Part shown: in pieces, positions 49,234 to 60,165 of the stretch
Position numbering within the stretch: the stretch's first letter is position 1
How the letters are laid out: the number at the start of each line of letters is the position of its first letter
Assembly: GCF_025526975.1 (NCBI RefSeq)
Contig: NW_026515668.1
Span: forward strand, 248,001 to 312,000
Length of the DNA stretch: 64,000 bases
DNA from: Fimicolochytrium jonesii
Taxonomy: Eukaryota
Reading direction: 5' to 3'
Made by a program: the position numbers and the translations under genes
The notes under the pieces: model-generated
Seen by the model: the letters and a program-made list of their open reading frames with translations, nothing else
The model's database searches: none
Told to the model about the DNA's origin: nothing

Positions 49234-50676
49234 ATGAGTCAACCAAATTCCGCCGCCATCAGCGCGGTACCTCCGGTCGTCTCGGTGCCAGCGCCGCGCC
49301 CAGCTGCCGCGCAGGGCGGTCTCGGCGGTATCGTCAACAGACTTGCTGCGTTCCGCCAGAGGATGAACTTGAGCTCGCCGGGGAACTGGGAGAGCTTGCA
49401 CCGTGAATTGAAGAGTGAGTTGAGGCGGGAGGACTGGGTTGGTAGATGAGAGGAACTCATGAGCTGAAGAGTTGGGAGGACTGCGGAAGGGGAGCTGCTT
49501 TTGGGGTCAACAACCAAACTGACCTATGTCCGTATTTTCTACCGTAGTGGTCCAGCCGACCAACTTCTTGATTGAGGGAGCCAAGTTCGATTTGACTTCG
49601 GTTCTGTCGCCCAACTTCACTGTGTTCCACTCATTCGCATGGGGTTCTGCTCAGTACCCGCCTACGTACCACTTCGGATCTGTATATGCGGCCGGACAGG
49701 TAAGCCAGAACAATCAGTCACTATGAAAGCCGGTGATTTGACATCTTGGGGAGGCAAATTGTGGGCTGATAGCTTGTCCTTTGTGTAGACCATGTTGCAC
49801 GGCCAAATTGACGACCAGGGTGGTCTTCAGGCCCGCGCACACTACAACTGGGCTACTTCCCCGGCGCCTGCTGTCGCAACGGAGCAGTTCGACCCCAGCA
49901 AGCCCGCGGAAGAGCAGCACCCCATCCCCGACCAGGCGCGGACGAGCTCCACCAGCAAGGTCACCGCGCACCTCGCCGCAGCGGGCGGCCAGAACATGGT
50001 ACAGCTCGAGCACGACCACATCGGCACGGACTACTCCCTCAACGTCAAAGCCATGAACCCCAACCCCATCGACCGCTCCCCATCCTGGGGCCCCAAGAAG
50101 GGCACCTCCGCCACCGGCGTCTACCAGCTCGCGTACCTCCAATCCGTCACGCCCTCCATCGCCCTCGGCACCGAATTCGTCTACCAGCGCATGACCCCCG
50201 ACACCGAGGACTCGGCCCTGACCTTCGCCTTCAAGTACGCGCCCGCACCTACCAGCCCCGTACCTCCCCCGGCCACCTTACCCCCGGGCATGCCCTCCCC
50301 CTTTCCCCCCGTCGACCCCAAAGCCCCCTCGCAGGTCTTCACGGCCACCTACTCCCCCGCCACGGGCCTGCTCCACTCGTCCTACTGGCGCCGCCTCAGC
50401 CAGCGTCTGGAGGTATGCTCCGAGCTGCAGCTCCTGCTGACCCCCGAGAACAGGATGGGACCTGGTAGGAGGGAGGGTCTGGCCTCGGTGGGCTTCAAGC
50501 TGGACACGATCAACTCGACGATTAGGGGTATGATTGATACTACTGGGAGGTTGAGCGCTGTACTTGAGGAACGGATTGTGGGTGGGATTGCGTTCCAGTT
50601 GAGTGGGGAGATTGACTATGCGAAAGGAGGCGGTGGTCAGGGCCGGGTTGGGCTTGGCTTTGTTATGGAGGCGTAG
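49234..50676 (+). CDS. TOM40: Mitochondrial import channel Tom40; 3 coding exons
   Basis: LSSPGNWESLHRELK, NFLIEGAKFD, LSPNFTVFHSF, QLEHDHIGTDYSLNVKAMNP, YLQSVTPSIALGTEF, RGMIDTTG, LSGEIDY. Confidence 0.93.
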
Positions 50677-51077
50677 AGGAGAATGTCGTTTCGCGACCCC
50701 TCTTCGCGTCTTGTATTTAGATTCTCGTGTACTGAAGTAGTTAGCCCATCCTGCGTGCGCTTCCGATGGAGCGTAGTAGGCAGTGGCAGCTGGCATACAT
50801 TCCTCCACATCCCTGCACGTTATATACAGCACCATCTTCATATTTTCCATACGTCTCTGAAAGCGCCTTTGCTTCGAATTCGATAGAATATAGTACCCTT
50901 TCTTCTATCACTTTGAAGCTTCTCTGTGAACGTTGTGAGCTTAAAAACACTCAGGGCGTCATCGGGAAAGCGCTGAAACTAATGCTACGGTCGATGCATG
51001 CGGTATGTAAGAATGCTAAGAATAAATAGTGACTATGTACAGAATAAGATTGCAAAACTTGGATATCGACCAGATGG

Positions 51078-51945
51078 TTACAGAAGATCAAAATCATCGA
51101 GCTGTAAAATGGGAGAAAGGGTACATCAGTACCAAACTCGGGATTCTGATTCCAGATAGGCCGTGAGAGTTCCCTCCTCCGTACCTTATCGTTATACTTC
51201 ATAACCTTCCTCTTGATAGCACTGGTGTTAACCCACGTCACGAAATCCTCCATATTTCTCGTCACAAGATACGCAGGATCCGCGATCGTCTCAGGCCCGA
51301 CCCTCACATGCCCTTGCTCAACATACTTGACGGCCTGCTTGACCGTCTCTGCCATTTTCAGCCTAACCATAACGACCGCGAGCCGCCGCCTGCAGAAGGA
51401 GGCGACGGTCACTTTTGAGCACTGGGAGAGGGATTTCTCGGCGGTGAGGATGCCCATGCGGTAGAGTTTTTCGAGGAGGGCTTCGGTTTTTGTGGTGCGG
51501 AAGGGGTCGGCGGGGGGGAGGAGGGAGAGTTTGTTGGCGAGTTTTGTTATCTGGCCGGCTAATTTGTTGTATCTGATGTGAAGGAGGAAGAGATGTGGGT
51601 TAGGAAGAGTTGAATAGCGCAACATGGTGGAGGTAGAACTTTCGCTATGGCATTTTGGGCATAGATTCTCTCTACTTGCTCGACGCCGTAGTCCCGGACG
51701 CCGTCGCGCATTGTTCGACGTCCACAACCCGTTTGACTTTCCTCCCTCGTCCCTTCCGCCTCCACTCCTCCTCCTCACCAACTTCCCTTCCTCCCTCCGC
51801 CGACTTACTTTATGTATTCCTCTCTCCTCGTTACGTGGTATCTGCGCATGACCCTAGTCTCCTGCAAGCTCTGGTCTGACTTCCATTGCAGAAAGTCGAC
51901 CTTTTTGAGCAGCCTCTTTTCGTGGTGTTTGAGTTCTCGGACCAT
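51078..51945 (-). CDS. IMP3: U3 snoRNP protein Imp3; 3 exons
   Basis: MVRELKHHEKRLLKKVDFLQWK, SFCRRRLAVVM, YVEQGHVRVGP, AYLVTRNMEDFVTW, terminal LDDFDLL*. Confidence 0.96.
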
Positions 51946-52329
51946 TGTTGCCTGTCGTTGTCGTTGCCGTTATCGATAGTGGGTTTATGCGTATGTCGTG
52001 GGTCGTTCGTGGGGAACGGGATATTTGCAGTTGGTTGATGGACAATTCGCTGTGGTTTGAGAGCCTGGCAACTTTGGATGTTTACGTACGTGTGGCGTAA
52101 GCATTGCCCCCTGCGCCACAGTCGCTTGCTGGGCTGGACCACTCGGGGTTGGCGAAGACCTGCAAACCGCAAACTACAGCAGCCCTCCGCTTAGCAGAGG
52201 ATCACCCACACACCTTTCACAAACCCGATAGGAGGACCTGATACTTCCTCTTCATAGCCCATACGGTCGTTCGCTGCTGGCAACGAACCCTTTTCGAGCC
52301 AGGTTTTTTTGTAGCACAGAACTGCAAAG

Positions 52330-53940
52330 ATGGTATGTCTTTTGGCCAAACGCATTCCTCAGCGACCGACGACGACGCAGAGCTGGGGCAAGGAGTCTAC
52401 TTGCGATACCGGAACGTCAGCGAACTCTAACTCCCCGATTTTGCAGCACCCGATATTATTGCACGGCCACACTCGGTCTTTGACCAAGATCAAATACAAC
52501 AATGACGGTGATCTCCTCTTTTCCGCCTCAAAGGACAACCAGCCAAACGTCTGGTTTGCTCACAACGGGGAGAGACTGGGGAGTTACAACGGCCACAATG
52601 GTACCGTCTGGGACTTGGACGTCAGCTGTAGGTTTCCCTAAGAATGGTCTTTATGGGGAATGAGAATGGGGAAGCGCATGTGGGCTGAACCGTTTCGCTG
52701 GGAATCTCTTTATAGTCGACAGCACACGCCTCTTGACGGCATCAGCAGACAACACGTGCAGGATGTGGTCCGTAACGTCTGGAAAGGAGCTGTTCCGATG
52801 GAACACCCGCACCGCTGTCAGGCGGGTTGCTTTCGGCCAGGGTGACCGTGTCGCTCTCTATGTTACGGACGCTGTCATGGGACAACCGTCGACTGTGTGG
52901 ATTGTCGAGATCGAGGAGGACGTGGAGAACCGTACGTTTGCCGGATCGGGAGATGAACTTGAGGGAGTGGCTACATAGGGGATGGGGGCTGATAGGGACA
53001 TCTCCCGTCTTGCTTTTCAGAAACCGAGGACTTCCTTTTGAAGATTGTCATCCCGGGATCAAAGGCTACCGTTGCGGCGTGGGGAGACCTTAACAAGACT
53101 ATCTACACTGGTCACGAGGACGGTACAATCACAATCTGGGACGCAGAGGTATGTGGGTACAGGACGAATGCGAGGCCAGAACTTATGACCCATATATCAA
53201 GATCTCCTCCTCATCATTTTCCTCCCTTGCAGACCGGAGCAAAGATCAAATCCGTCAAGAACCACGAGAAGATGATCACGGACATGCAATGGGCACCAAA
53301 CCTCGGCTACTTCATCACATCCTCGAAGGACCACACCGCCAAAATCTTCGACGCAAAGACGCTGCGTGTCATGAAGACATTCGTCACGGAGCGTAACGTC
53401 AACTCCGCCGCTTTGTCACCTATCCGTCCTCACGTACGTAACACAGTCGATCACTCTAGCCCGCAATTATAGGCGCGTAAGCACAACCTAGCAACTAACG
53501 TCGGATCACTTACCTCGCAGATTGCACTTGGAGGAGGACAAGAAGCTATGGATGTGACCACTAAGGGAGGCGTGAAGCAAGGAAAGTTCGAGACACGGTT
53601 CTTCCACCTGCCGTTCGAGGAAGAGATTGGCCGTGTGAAGGGACACTTCGGGCCTATCAACACGTTGGCGTTCGCACCCGATGGCAAGAGGTAAGGGGAC
53701 CTCCGCACGGGTGTTCGGGATGTACAAAATGTGATATCTAGTTACATGTACTCACCATTCCTTCGCTCACCATCAGTTTCGCGAGCGGCGCCGAAGACGG
53801 TTTCGTAAGAATCCACTTCTTCGACCCAGACTATTTCACCTTCAAGTAAGTCTGCCCCCTTTCCCCTTCCCACTCATCTCCAACTAACTAAGAATACTCC
53901 CCTCGCAAAAAGGTACGACGAGGAAACCATGACCCTCTAA
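52330..53940 (+). CDS. TIF34: Translation initiation factor eIF3 subunit i (WD40); multi-exon, first exon is the ATG only
   Basis: [89 protein letters not shown]. Confidence 0.96.
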
Positions 53941-54290
53941 ACCCAATTACCCCCCGCCACCCTGACTCCCTCCAACCCAACAACCCCCTCATTCCGGATC
54001 ACAACCGCGCACACGCACACACATTGCGCGCTTGACCATCCGCACCCACTTCTTATTATAGTCGCCGCCTAGAGGTCGTCTAGAGTCGCAGAAGGTAGCC
54101 ATCACCTCTCCTCTCCCAATCTTTTTCCTGCAAGAATTTGTTGTCTATATATATTTTGTATACATATCCATATGATTCTCTCTTTTCTCCGTTTGGAATT
54201 TGCTGGGGCCGAGTGTTTATGTTGATCGTATTTCCATATTGGGACCAGCTGTGAACGAACATTCTATGTCTCACATAACATCGATCGTCC

Positions 54291-55959
54291 TCACGCCCAC
54301 GTCCCCTCCAAATTCAACCTAAAGCTCCTCGCCCCCACCTCCGTCGCCCCCCTATAAAACCCCGGCCCAAGCGTTCCATCCCCTTCACCCGCCGATGTCC
54401 CACCAAACCTCTTAACCCCACTGACAAACACCGCCCTCACGCCCCGGCCACCCCCACGCGCAACCTTCTCCGACGCGGCGGTGAGCTCGTAGGACCCTGG
54501 ACCGGGGTTATGTTGCGGGAAAGGCTCGTAACCCGCGATGGGAGCGGGGAGCGGGGCGTCGTGGGCGCAGGGGTTGTGGGGCGGGGGGGGAGGTACGTGG
54601 TGGAGGGGTTGGGAGGGGGGTGGGCGGGTTGGGTTGCTGGGGGTGAGAAAAGATGAATATTAGGTGATTGAACTCCCAGGAAAGAACTTTTTTTCACGGG
54701 AGTGGGATAGGGATGGCCCGGAGGGTAGGAGATCTTACCCATGTGGAATGTCGCGTAACCTTTCAGCTTTTTGCGGATCGTATTGGTTTGGCGCTGGGTT
54801 GCGTGGTGGGCTATATATGTGTGTGTCCAAGCGTCCATCAGTGGCCCCCCACATTCCAGGTCTGTGTAATATTCTCGAGAAAATATACCAACACCCACCT
54901 CGTGAAAACCATCTTCCTCGGCACACTCCTGAACGCCGCCACCGCCCCCTTCGTCGTCTTCCTCCCCACCTCCTCGCTTATCTCATACCCCCCCGGCGCG
55001 ACATGCCCCCCACACGCCCCCGGCGCCTCCACCGGCGCGCGGCCAGTCTTACTTCTAAACACGCCCCACGCGCCCTCGCTTTCCGCGAGCCAGACGCGGA
55101 CCCCGCGGCCGGGTTGGGAGAGGTGCGGAGAGTAGAAGCCTGGGCCCGGGGTGGGATGGGTGAAGCGGGAGCGCCAGGTTGGGACGCCTGGGGCGGGTGA
55201 GGAAGGGGAAGGGGCAACGTAGGGGGTGGCGAAGGAGGGGGAGGGGGATGTGGTGAGGGAGTGGGAGTAGCGGGGGGAGGATGGGTGGTAGGTTGCGGGG
55301 GTGGGGGCGGGGGTGAGGCGGGCTTGAAAACGTTTTGACTGGGGGGTCGGGGAGAGTTTGGGGGGAGATGAGTGCGTGGTTCATGAACGGAGGGGGCAGG
55401 GCGCAATCTCTCCCTTTTTGCTCCGTCAAAGGGATTGAAATGCTGGCCAGGCAGATGTTTGCAGAACGCATCCCCTCTCTTTCGAGCCTACCTTTGACGC
55501 AAACCCTGCAGCCCCATTCTTTGACTCCGACAGTCCCTCATACAGCTCATCAGGCAGTTTGATGCGGTAATACCCCGGCCCTGGTAAATCATGCTGCCAG
55601 AGTCCAAAATGAATCTGTTAGTGAATCACCGTGGTGGGATGTCATTGACAAACTCGTTGTGCCACCTACCAACTTGGTATCAAACCTCGAAGCCGAGGAC
55701 CCAAACGCTTTCGCTTCCCCGTCGTCGTAGACGAACGTCTGGAACCGGGTGGGGATGCTGGGTGGATGGACGAAGAGTTTTACTCGGCGGTCTTGAATGG
55801 CGAAGAGATACGACATGTTAGGGTTGGCTGAACAGAATCGAGGGAAAGATGGATAGAGTGGGGTTTACCTTTTTGCTTTGCGTGGGGTTTTGTTCTCGTT
55901 TTCGGGGGTTGCGATGATGGCGCTTCGGCGGCTTTTGGGGCGTGGGCGGTGCTTGTCAT
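54291..55959 (-). CDS. STPG1: Sperm-tail PG-rich (SHIPPO) repeat protein, STPG1-like ciliary protein; multi-exon
   Basis: PSIPTRFQTFVYDDGEAKAFGSSASRF, HDLPGPGYY, NPAPNQYDP, LGPGFY and C-terminal RSFRLNLEGTWA resemble the STPG1 layout. Internal exon boundaries are uncertain. Confidence 0.75.
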
Positions 55960-56314
55960 CCTTCTGACCGATTGGGGATAGGTGTGAAACGTAGGTGGAA
56001 GTCGGATGGGATAGGGCACGAGAAGACGGGTTGAATTTTGAGACGTCGATGCGGAGTGATTGACAGTGGAATTCGACAGCGCATCCTCCTCCCTTCATCC
56101 CCTGGGGCTTGCAGTGGAGCGCAGCCAGAACCCCCTTGCTTTCGAACCTACCCCCTCACGAAAGGACAGACCACCATCTCACACCGCTAACACTCACTCA
56201 CCCGCCTGGTTTGCTGCGACTGGGTTCCCTCCCCGCTAACGGGATTACAGGTTCCAAGATCCACCTTGCCACGCACTTGACCGCGATTTGGGTCTGGAGA
56301 CCCTTGATCATAGC

Positions 56315-59300
56315 ATGTCGGACGTTGAAATCACATCGTACGAGCCAAGACGGGTTGACCGGCGCATACAGCACCAGCAACAGCAGCTGCAGCAGCCACA
56401 CCGTCGCACTGCGCATAGCACGGGCGACTCTCACGGTAACTCCCATCATCAGGCCCACGATCAAGAGTCACCTCCGAACCATCTAAATCGCGGAATGGGA
56501 CAAAGGAATAGCCACAGGCACAACGACCGTTTCGACTCGCCTGCAAATCGGGGCTCTCCCCAGGATTATCGCGGTCGCGGTCGTGGTCGCGGCAGGGGAG
56601 GAGGGTCCACCAGGGCACACCCTTACAACCGTCCGGAACGCGTTGATAGACGAGATAGCCCGATTTCTACCCCGTCCCGCATCGACCATCGGATCGCGGC
56701 GCAGGACAGGAGCAGGAAATATGATGCGGGCATAGGATCGTCGAGTCAGGGGAGCCCGATCTCGTTTTCGATTGATAGGAGGCTCAGTGAGGTGCTAGTT
56801 GCACACGAGCAAGACACTCGGATCGTCTCTCGACGAAGGTTTGAGCCGTCATCGGCTTACAAACGTCCAAAATATGGGGATCGCAATTGGCCCGCGCAGA
56901 CTCAGGCGCAGAAACAGGCTTCACCGCCGCCGCCGTTGAAGACGAGTGACCTTCGTCACTCGATCGGGGATAACTCGTCTTTTGATCAAAGCGGGTTTCT
57001 GCAGTCTGTGGTCGAGTCGGCTGGGATGCTACCTTATCCGCATCGATTTGTGGGGCAGGAAAGTCCGATGGCCTCCAGCTCGGACATGGAGGATTCAGCG
57101 CTGGACCGCCGTGCTACTCCGGCTGTTTCGCATGATCATGAAGCGCAATCCCAGCTGCAGACCCGACCGAAGGAGCATAGAAATGATCGTTACCGTGAGG
57201 CAGATACGGGCGTCTCAAGAAGACCAAACTATGGAAATCATTTGCCTCCACATGGCCCCTCGCGCTCAAACAGGATTGACGAACGGTCATTCCCGGCTCC
57301 CGCGGCGGATAGGGAAAATGAGCGTGAGAGGAATCCCCGACCCGCATCGCGGAATGAGATGTATAACGCAAAAGATAAGATTGCTAGCTACAACCGTCCG
57401 GATTCACGAAGTGACAACCGGCCTCCTCGCTCGGCTCAACAACGTTACACGCCAGTTGCTCAAGGAAAACCACCGCATATCGACACCGCTCTCCTAAAAC
57501 AATTTGAGAAGGAATATCTAGGCTCTGAACACAACGTCACACTCCTGGAACTTAAGCAAACAACTACGCGAACGGAAGTAACGGTCTTGTCCGAGAAACT
57601 GGAAGAGCTAAAAGCCGCTCTGAAGCAGGTTGACGAAGATGTTTCAAAGGCGTGCGATGCGCGTGACCGGTGCAAGGAGCTTTGGGAGCGCGAGAAGTTG
57701 CGAATTGTCGAATTGGAGCAGAAGGCTTTGCGCAAAGCTGACGAGGTCTCAGCTGGCAAAACCGGATCTGGATATCACAAGCAACAACATGTTGGTAATG
57801 CGGGTGGTGATGGCGGGATCGCCGCAAATGGAAATTGGGAGCGCTCTTATCGGGGACAGCAGAACACGACGGGATACCGGAGCCGACCTACGAGCAGTCA
57901 GAGCTCGCGGGATCTGCAGAGTGGTGAATGGACACGCGTTCGGTCTTCTCCGCCGCCTCCGCGCCCGAGAACACCTGCAGGCCGTTCACAGGCAGCGCAG
58001 CTGGCCCCGCAACGGCCGCCGTCGCCCAATCCACAGGTCGCCACCAACCGAGGTAAAAGCAACTTTGTCAAGGCGCTGGAGAGGCAACCAGTCCCACCAC
58101 CTCCGCCGTCGTCCGACCCGCGCATTGCCGCCGCGGTCGCGAAATACAGGCAGTACGGGATTGATAAGCCCAAAAGGGACGACGAGATGGTGCAAAAGTT
58201 CTACCAAGAAAAAAGGGCAGCAGAAGCTGCGGCTGCTGCTGGACCCAGCAACGCAAGCGATTCGTCTGAGTATCCCGCCCGCGAATCTGATCCGTTTAAT
58301 CATCCGTCCTCCTCATCAATGAGTACCCGCAGACGGGATGACCCGCAACATGAGTTGCCCATCAGACGTGTGCCGCCACCACCACCCGCATTGCCACCGC
58401 CGCCACCACTCCCGCAGACAGCGCAGAGTCCGCGGAGGCGCGACGACAGGATCATGGATTTGACACGGGACCGTGAGCAAGGCGCACCTCAGGGTCGTGA
58501 GGATCACCGCGACACTCAGACCAGGGAGGGCTACCGTTTCGCGTCACCTCCTCCTCACGAAGGCGACAGGAGAGCCTCAGGAGGGCACGCCCAACCTTCG
58601 CATGGCTATGAGCAGCGCGATCGTTCCATACCCCGCAAGGTCATTCTATCCAGGGAGCCTGGCCACGGGACGGTGGACGTTCACGATACCGGGCGACGGG
58701 ACTATCGAGTGGACTCGGGAGACAATGGCAGCAGCGGATACCAGTCTGGAGGATGGCAGGGGAGAGGCCGGGGCAAGTCTCGTGGACGAGGCGGCCGAGG
58801 TGGCGGGGTCTATCACAACAACAATAGTAACGGGTACCCTGACAACCGTCGTGACGACCGGTTCCGAGACCGAGAAGACCGTCGCGACCAGCGCCCCCAA
58901 CAAAGCGAAGTGCATGTCCAGGAACGTGCCGTTGATCGCGATCTCAACCCAAGCAATGATGCAGCATTCCCCAACACGGCTGAGCCAGAGGTGCAAGGCG
59001 TGTCTGAAGCGACCTGTGAAGGCAGATTCAAGCGCTCCCGCGTCTCGGAATCCGAGGATGATGATGATGAGAACAATCATGCGCGGACGAGACCGTGGCC
59101 TCCCAACTCACCACCGCCTTCGCCTCCGCGATGGCAAAGTGAGAATGAAGAGGGCATCTCGGGATTAAGCGGCGGTACGGATGAGACCATGGTTGGTGGT
59201 GACCAGTCGTCCACCACCGTGCAGGGACAGGAAAGCCAGGATCCCGTCACGACGGCGACGTCGATCGCGCCGGCTGCTGATGGGTACGCAGCAGCTGCAA

Positions 59301-59764
59301 CAACATACACAGACGAGCCCGCCGCGACACACCTGCATGAAAACGAGACTGACAAGACGATCACGCTCCCGGTGGAATCCAACCCGTCCCCAGCCGATGG
59401 AAAGCAGCCCATCCACGGAAACGAAACAGCGCACCCTGAGATCCACACGACGGAGCAGGAGCCCTTCGCAGCAGCAGAAGAAGAAGGCTCCCTCCTCGAA
59501 TTCGTCAAAACGCTCTTCAAAGGCGAGAACCACACCACTGTTCCCACCCATGATGGTGGCAAAGAAGAAAAGGAACCCGTCGCCCGCACATCAACCGACC
59601 TGGACGAAAGCGACGACGGGGTCGCGATGGCGTCCGCGGGTGTCGTCATTGAAGACGCTCTGCATGCACCGGCGTCGGTTGCCGCGGCGGGGAAGAAGGG
59701 TGGGAGGGGAAGGAGGGGGAGGGGTGGTGGGAAGCTGAGGAATGGGAAGGGGAGGGGGCGATGA
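56315..59764 (+). CDS. Large intrinsically disordered RG/RGG- and Pro-rich protein with a central coiled coil; intronless
   Basis: Uninterrupted ~1150-codon ORF with RGRGRGRGGG tracts at the N-terminus, middle and C-terminus, and a heptad region LSEKLEELKAALKQVDEDV..LEQKALRK. Confidence 0.8.
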   Translation: MSDVEITSYEPRRVDRRIQHQQQQLQQPHRRTAHSTGDSHGNSHHQAHDQESPPNHLNRGMGQRNSHRHNDRFDSPANRGSPQDYRGRGRGRGRGGGSTRAHPYNRPERVDRRDSPISTPSRIDHRIAAQDRSRKYDAGIGSSSQGSPISFSIDRRLSEVLVAHEQDTRIVSRRRFEPSSAYKRPKYGDRNWPAQTQAQKQASPPPPLKTSDLRHSIGDNSSFDQSGFLQSVVESAGMLPYPHRFVGQESPMASSSDMEDSALDRRATPAVSHDHEAQSQLQTRPKEHRNDRYREADTGVSRRPNYGNHLPPHGPSRSNRIDERSFPAPAADRENERERNPRPASRNEMYNAKDKIASYNRPDSRSDNRPPRSAQQRYTPVAQGKPPHIDTALLKQFEKEYLGSEHNVTLLELKQTTTRTEVTVLSEKLEELKAALKQVDEDVSKACDARDRCKELWEREKLRIVELEQKALRKADEVSAGKTGSGYHKQQHVGNAGGDGGIAANGNWERSYRGQQNTTGYRSRPTSSQSSRDLQSGEWTRVRSSPPPPRPRTPAGRSQAAQLAPQRPPSPNPQVATNRGKSNFVKALERQPVPPPPPSSDPRIAAAVAKYRQYGIDKPKRDDEMVQKFYQEKRAAEAAAAAGPSNASDSSEYPARESDPFNHPSSSSMSTRRRDDPQHELPIRRVPPPPPALPPPPPLPQTAQSPRRRDDRIMDLTRDREQGAPQGREDHRDTQTREGYRFASPPPHEGDRRASGGHAQPSHGYEQRDRSIPRKVILSREPGHGTVDVHDTGRRDYRVDSGDNGSSGYQSGGWQGRGRGKSRGRGGRGGGVYHNNNSNGYPDNRRDDRFRDREDRRDQRPQQSEVHVQERAVDRDLNPSNDAAFPNTAEPEVQGVSEATCEGRFKRSRVSESEDDDDENNHARTRPWPPNSPPPSPPRWQSENEEGISGLSGGTDETMVGGDQSSTTVQGQESQDPVTTATSIAPAADGYAAAATTYTDEPAATHLHENETDKTITLPVESNPSPADGKQPIHGNETAHPEIHTTEQEPFAAAEEEGSLLEFVKTLFKGENHTTVPTHDGGKEEKEPVARTSTDLDESDDGVAMASAGVVIEDALHAPASVAAAGKKGGRGRRGRGGGKLRNGKGRGR

Positions 59765-60165
59765 GGTGGAGCGAGGGGAGCTTACAACGTTTGTATGACA
59801 ACCATGGTACTTGGTACTTGATTTGTGTTTTTGGGCCCTGAGGTCCTCGCATGGGAGTGGAAGGGAGGTGGGAGAACATGCGATGTATGTACATGTAACA
59901 GTTCCGGGCTTGCAGAGCGCCGAGACTCCCCTCGTTCCCTTGTCTCTTGTTGAAATGTGTATATAATATATGCTTTTGTTTTTTCGTCAAGGACTATTCA
60001 TACTCGAGGAAAATCCAATACTCCAGTGCATCGTGGAAGTCAAGTGAGATGGGGTTATCGATTCTTTTTTATGACTAGATACATGAAGCTCAAACGAGCG
60101 ATCTAAACGATCTTTAGCTTATGACGAATACACAAAGTGTGATGTTTGAGGGATAGCAAAACTTC

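Noticed and set aside
51575..51810. Long IMP3 intron as a snoRNA host
   Set aside because: No convincing RUGAUGA/CUGA pair or H/ACA architecture was visible.
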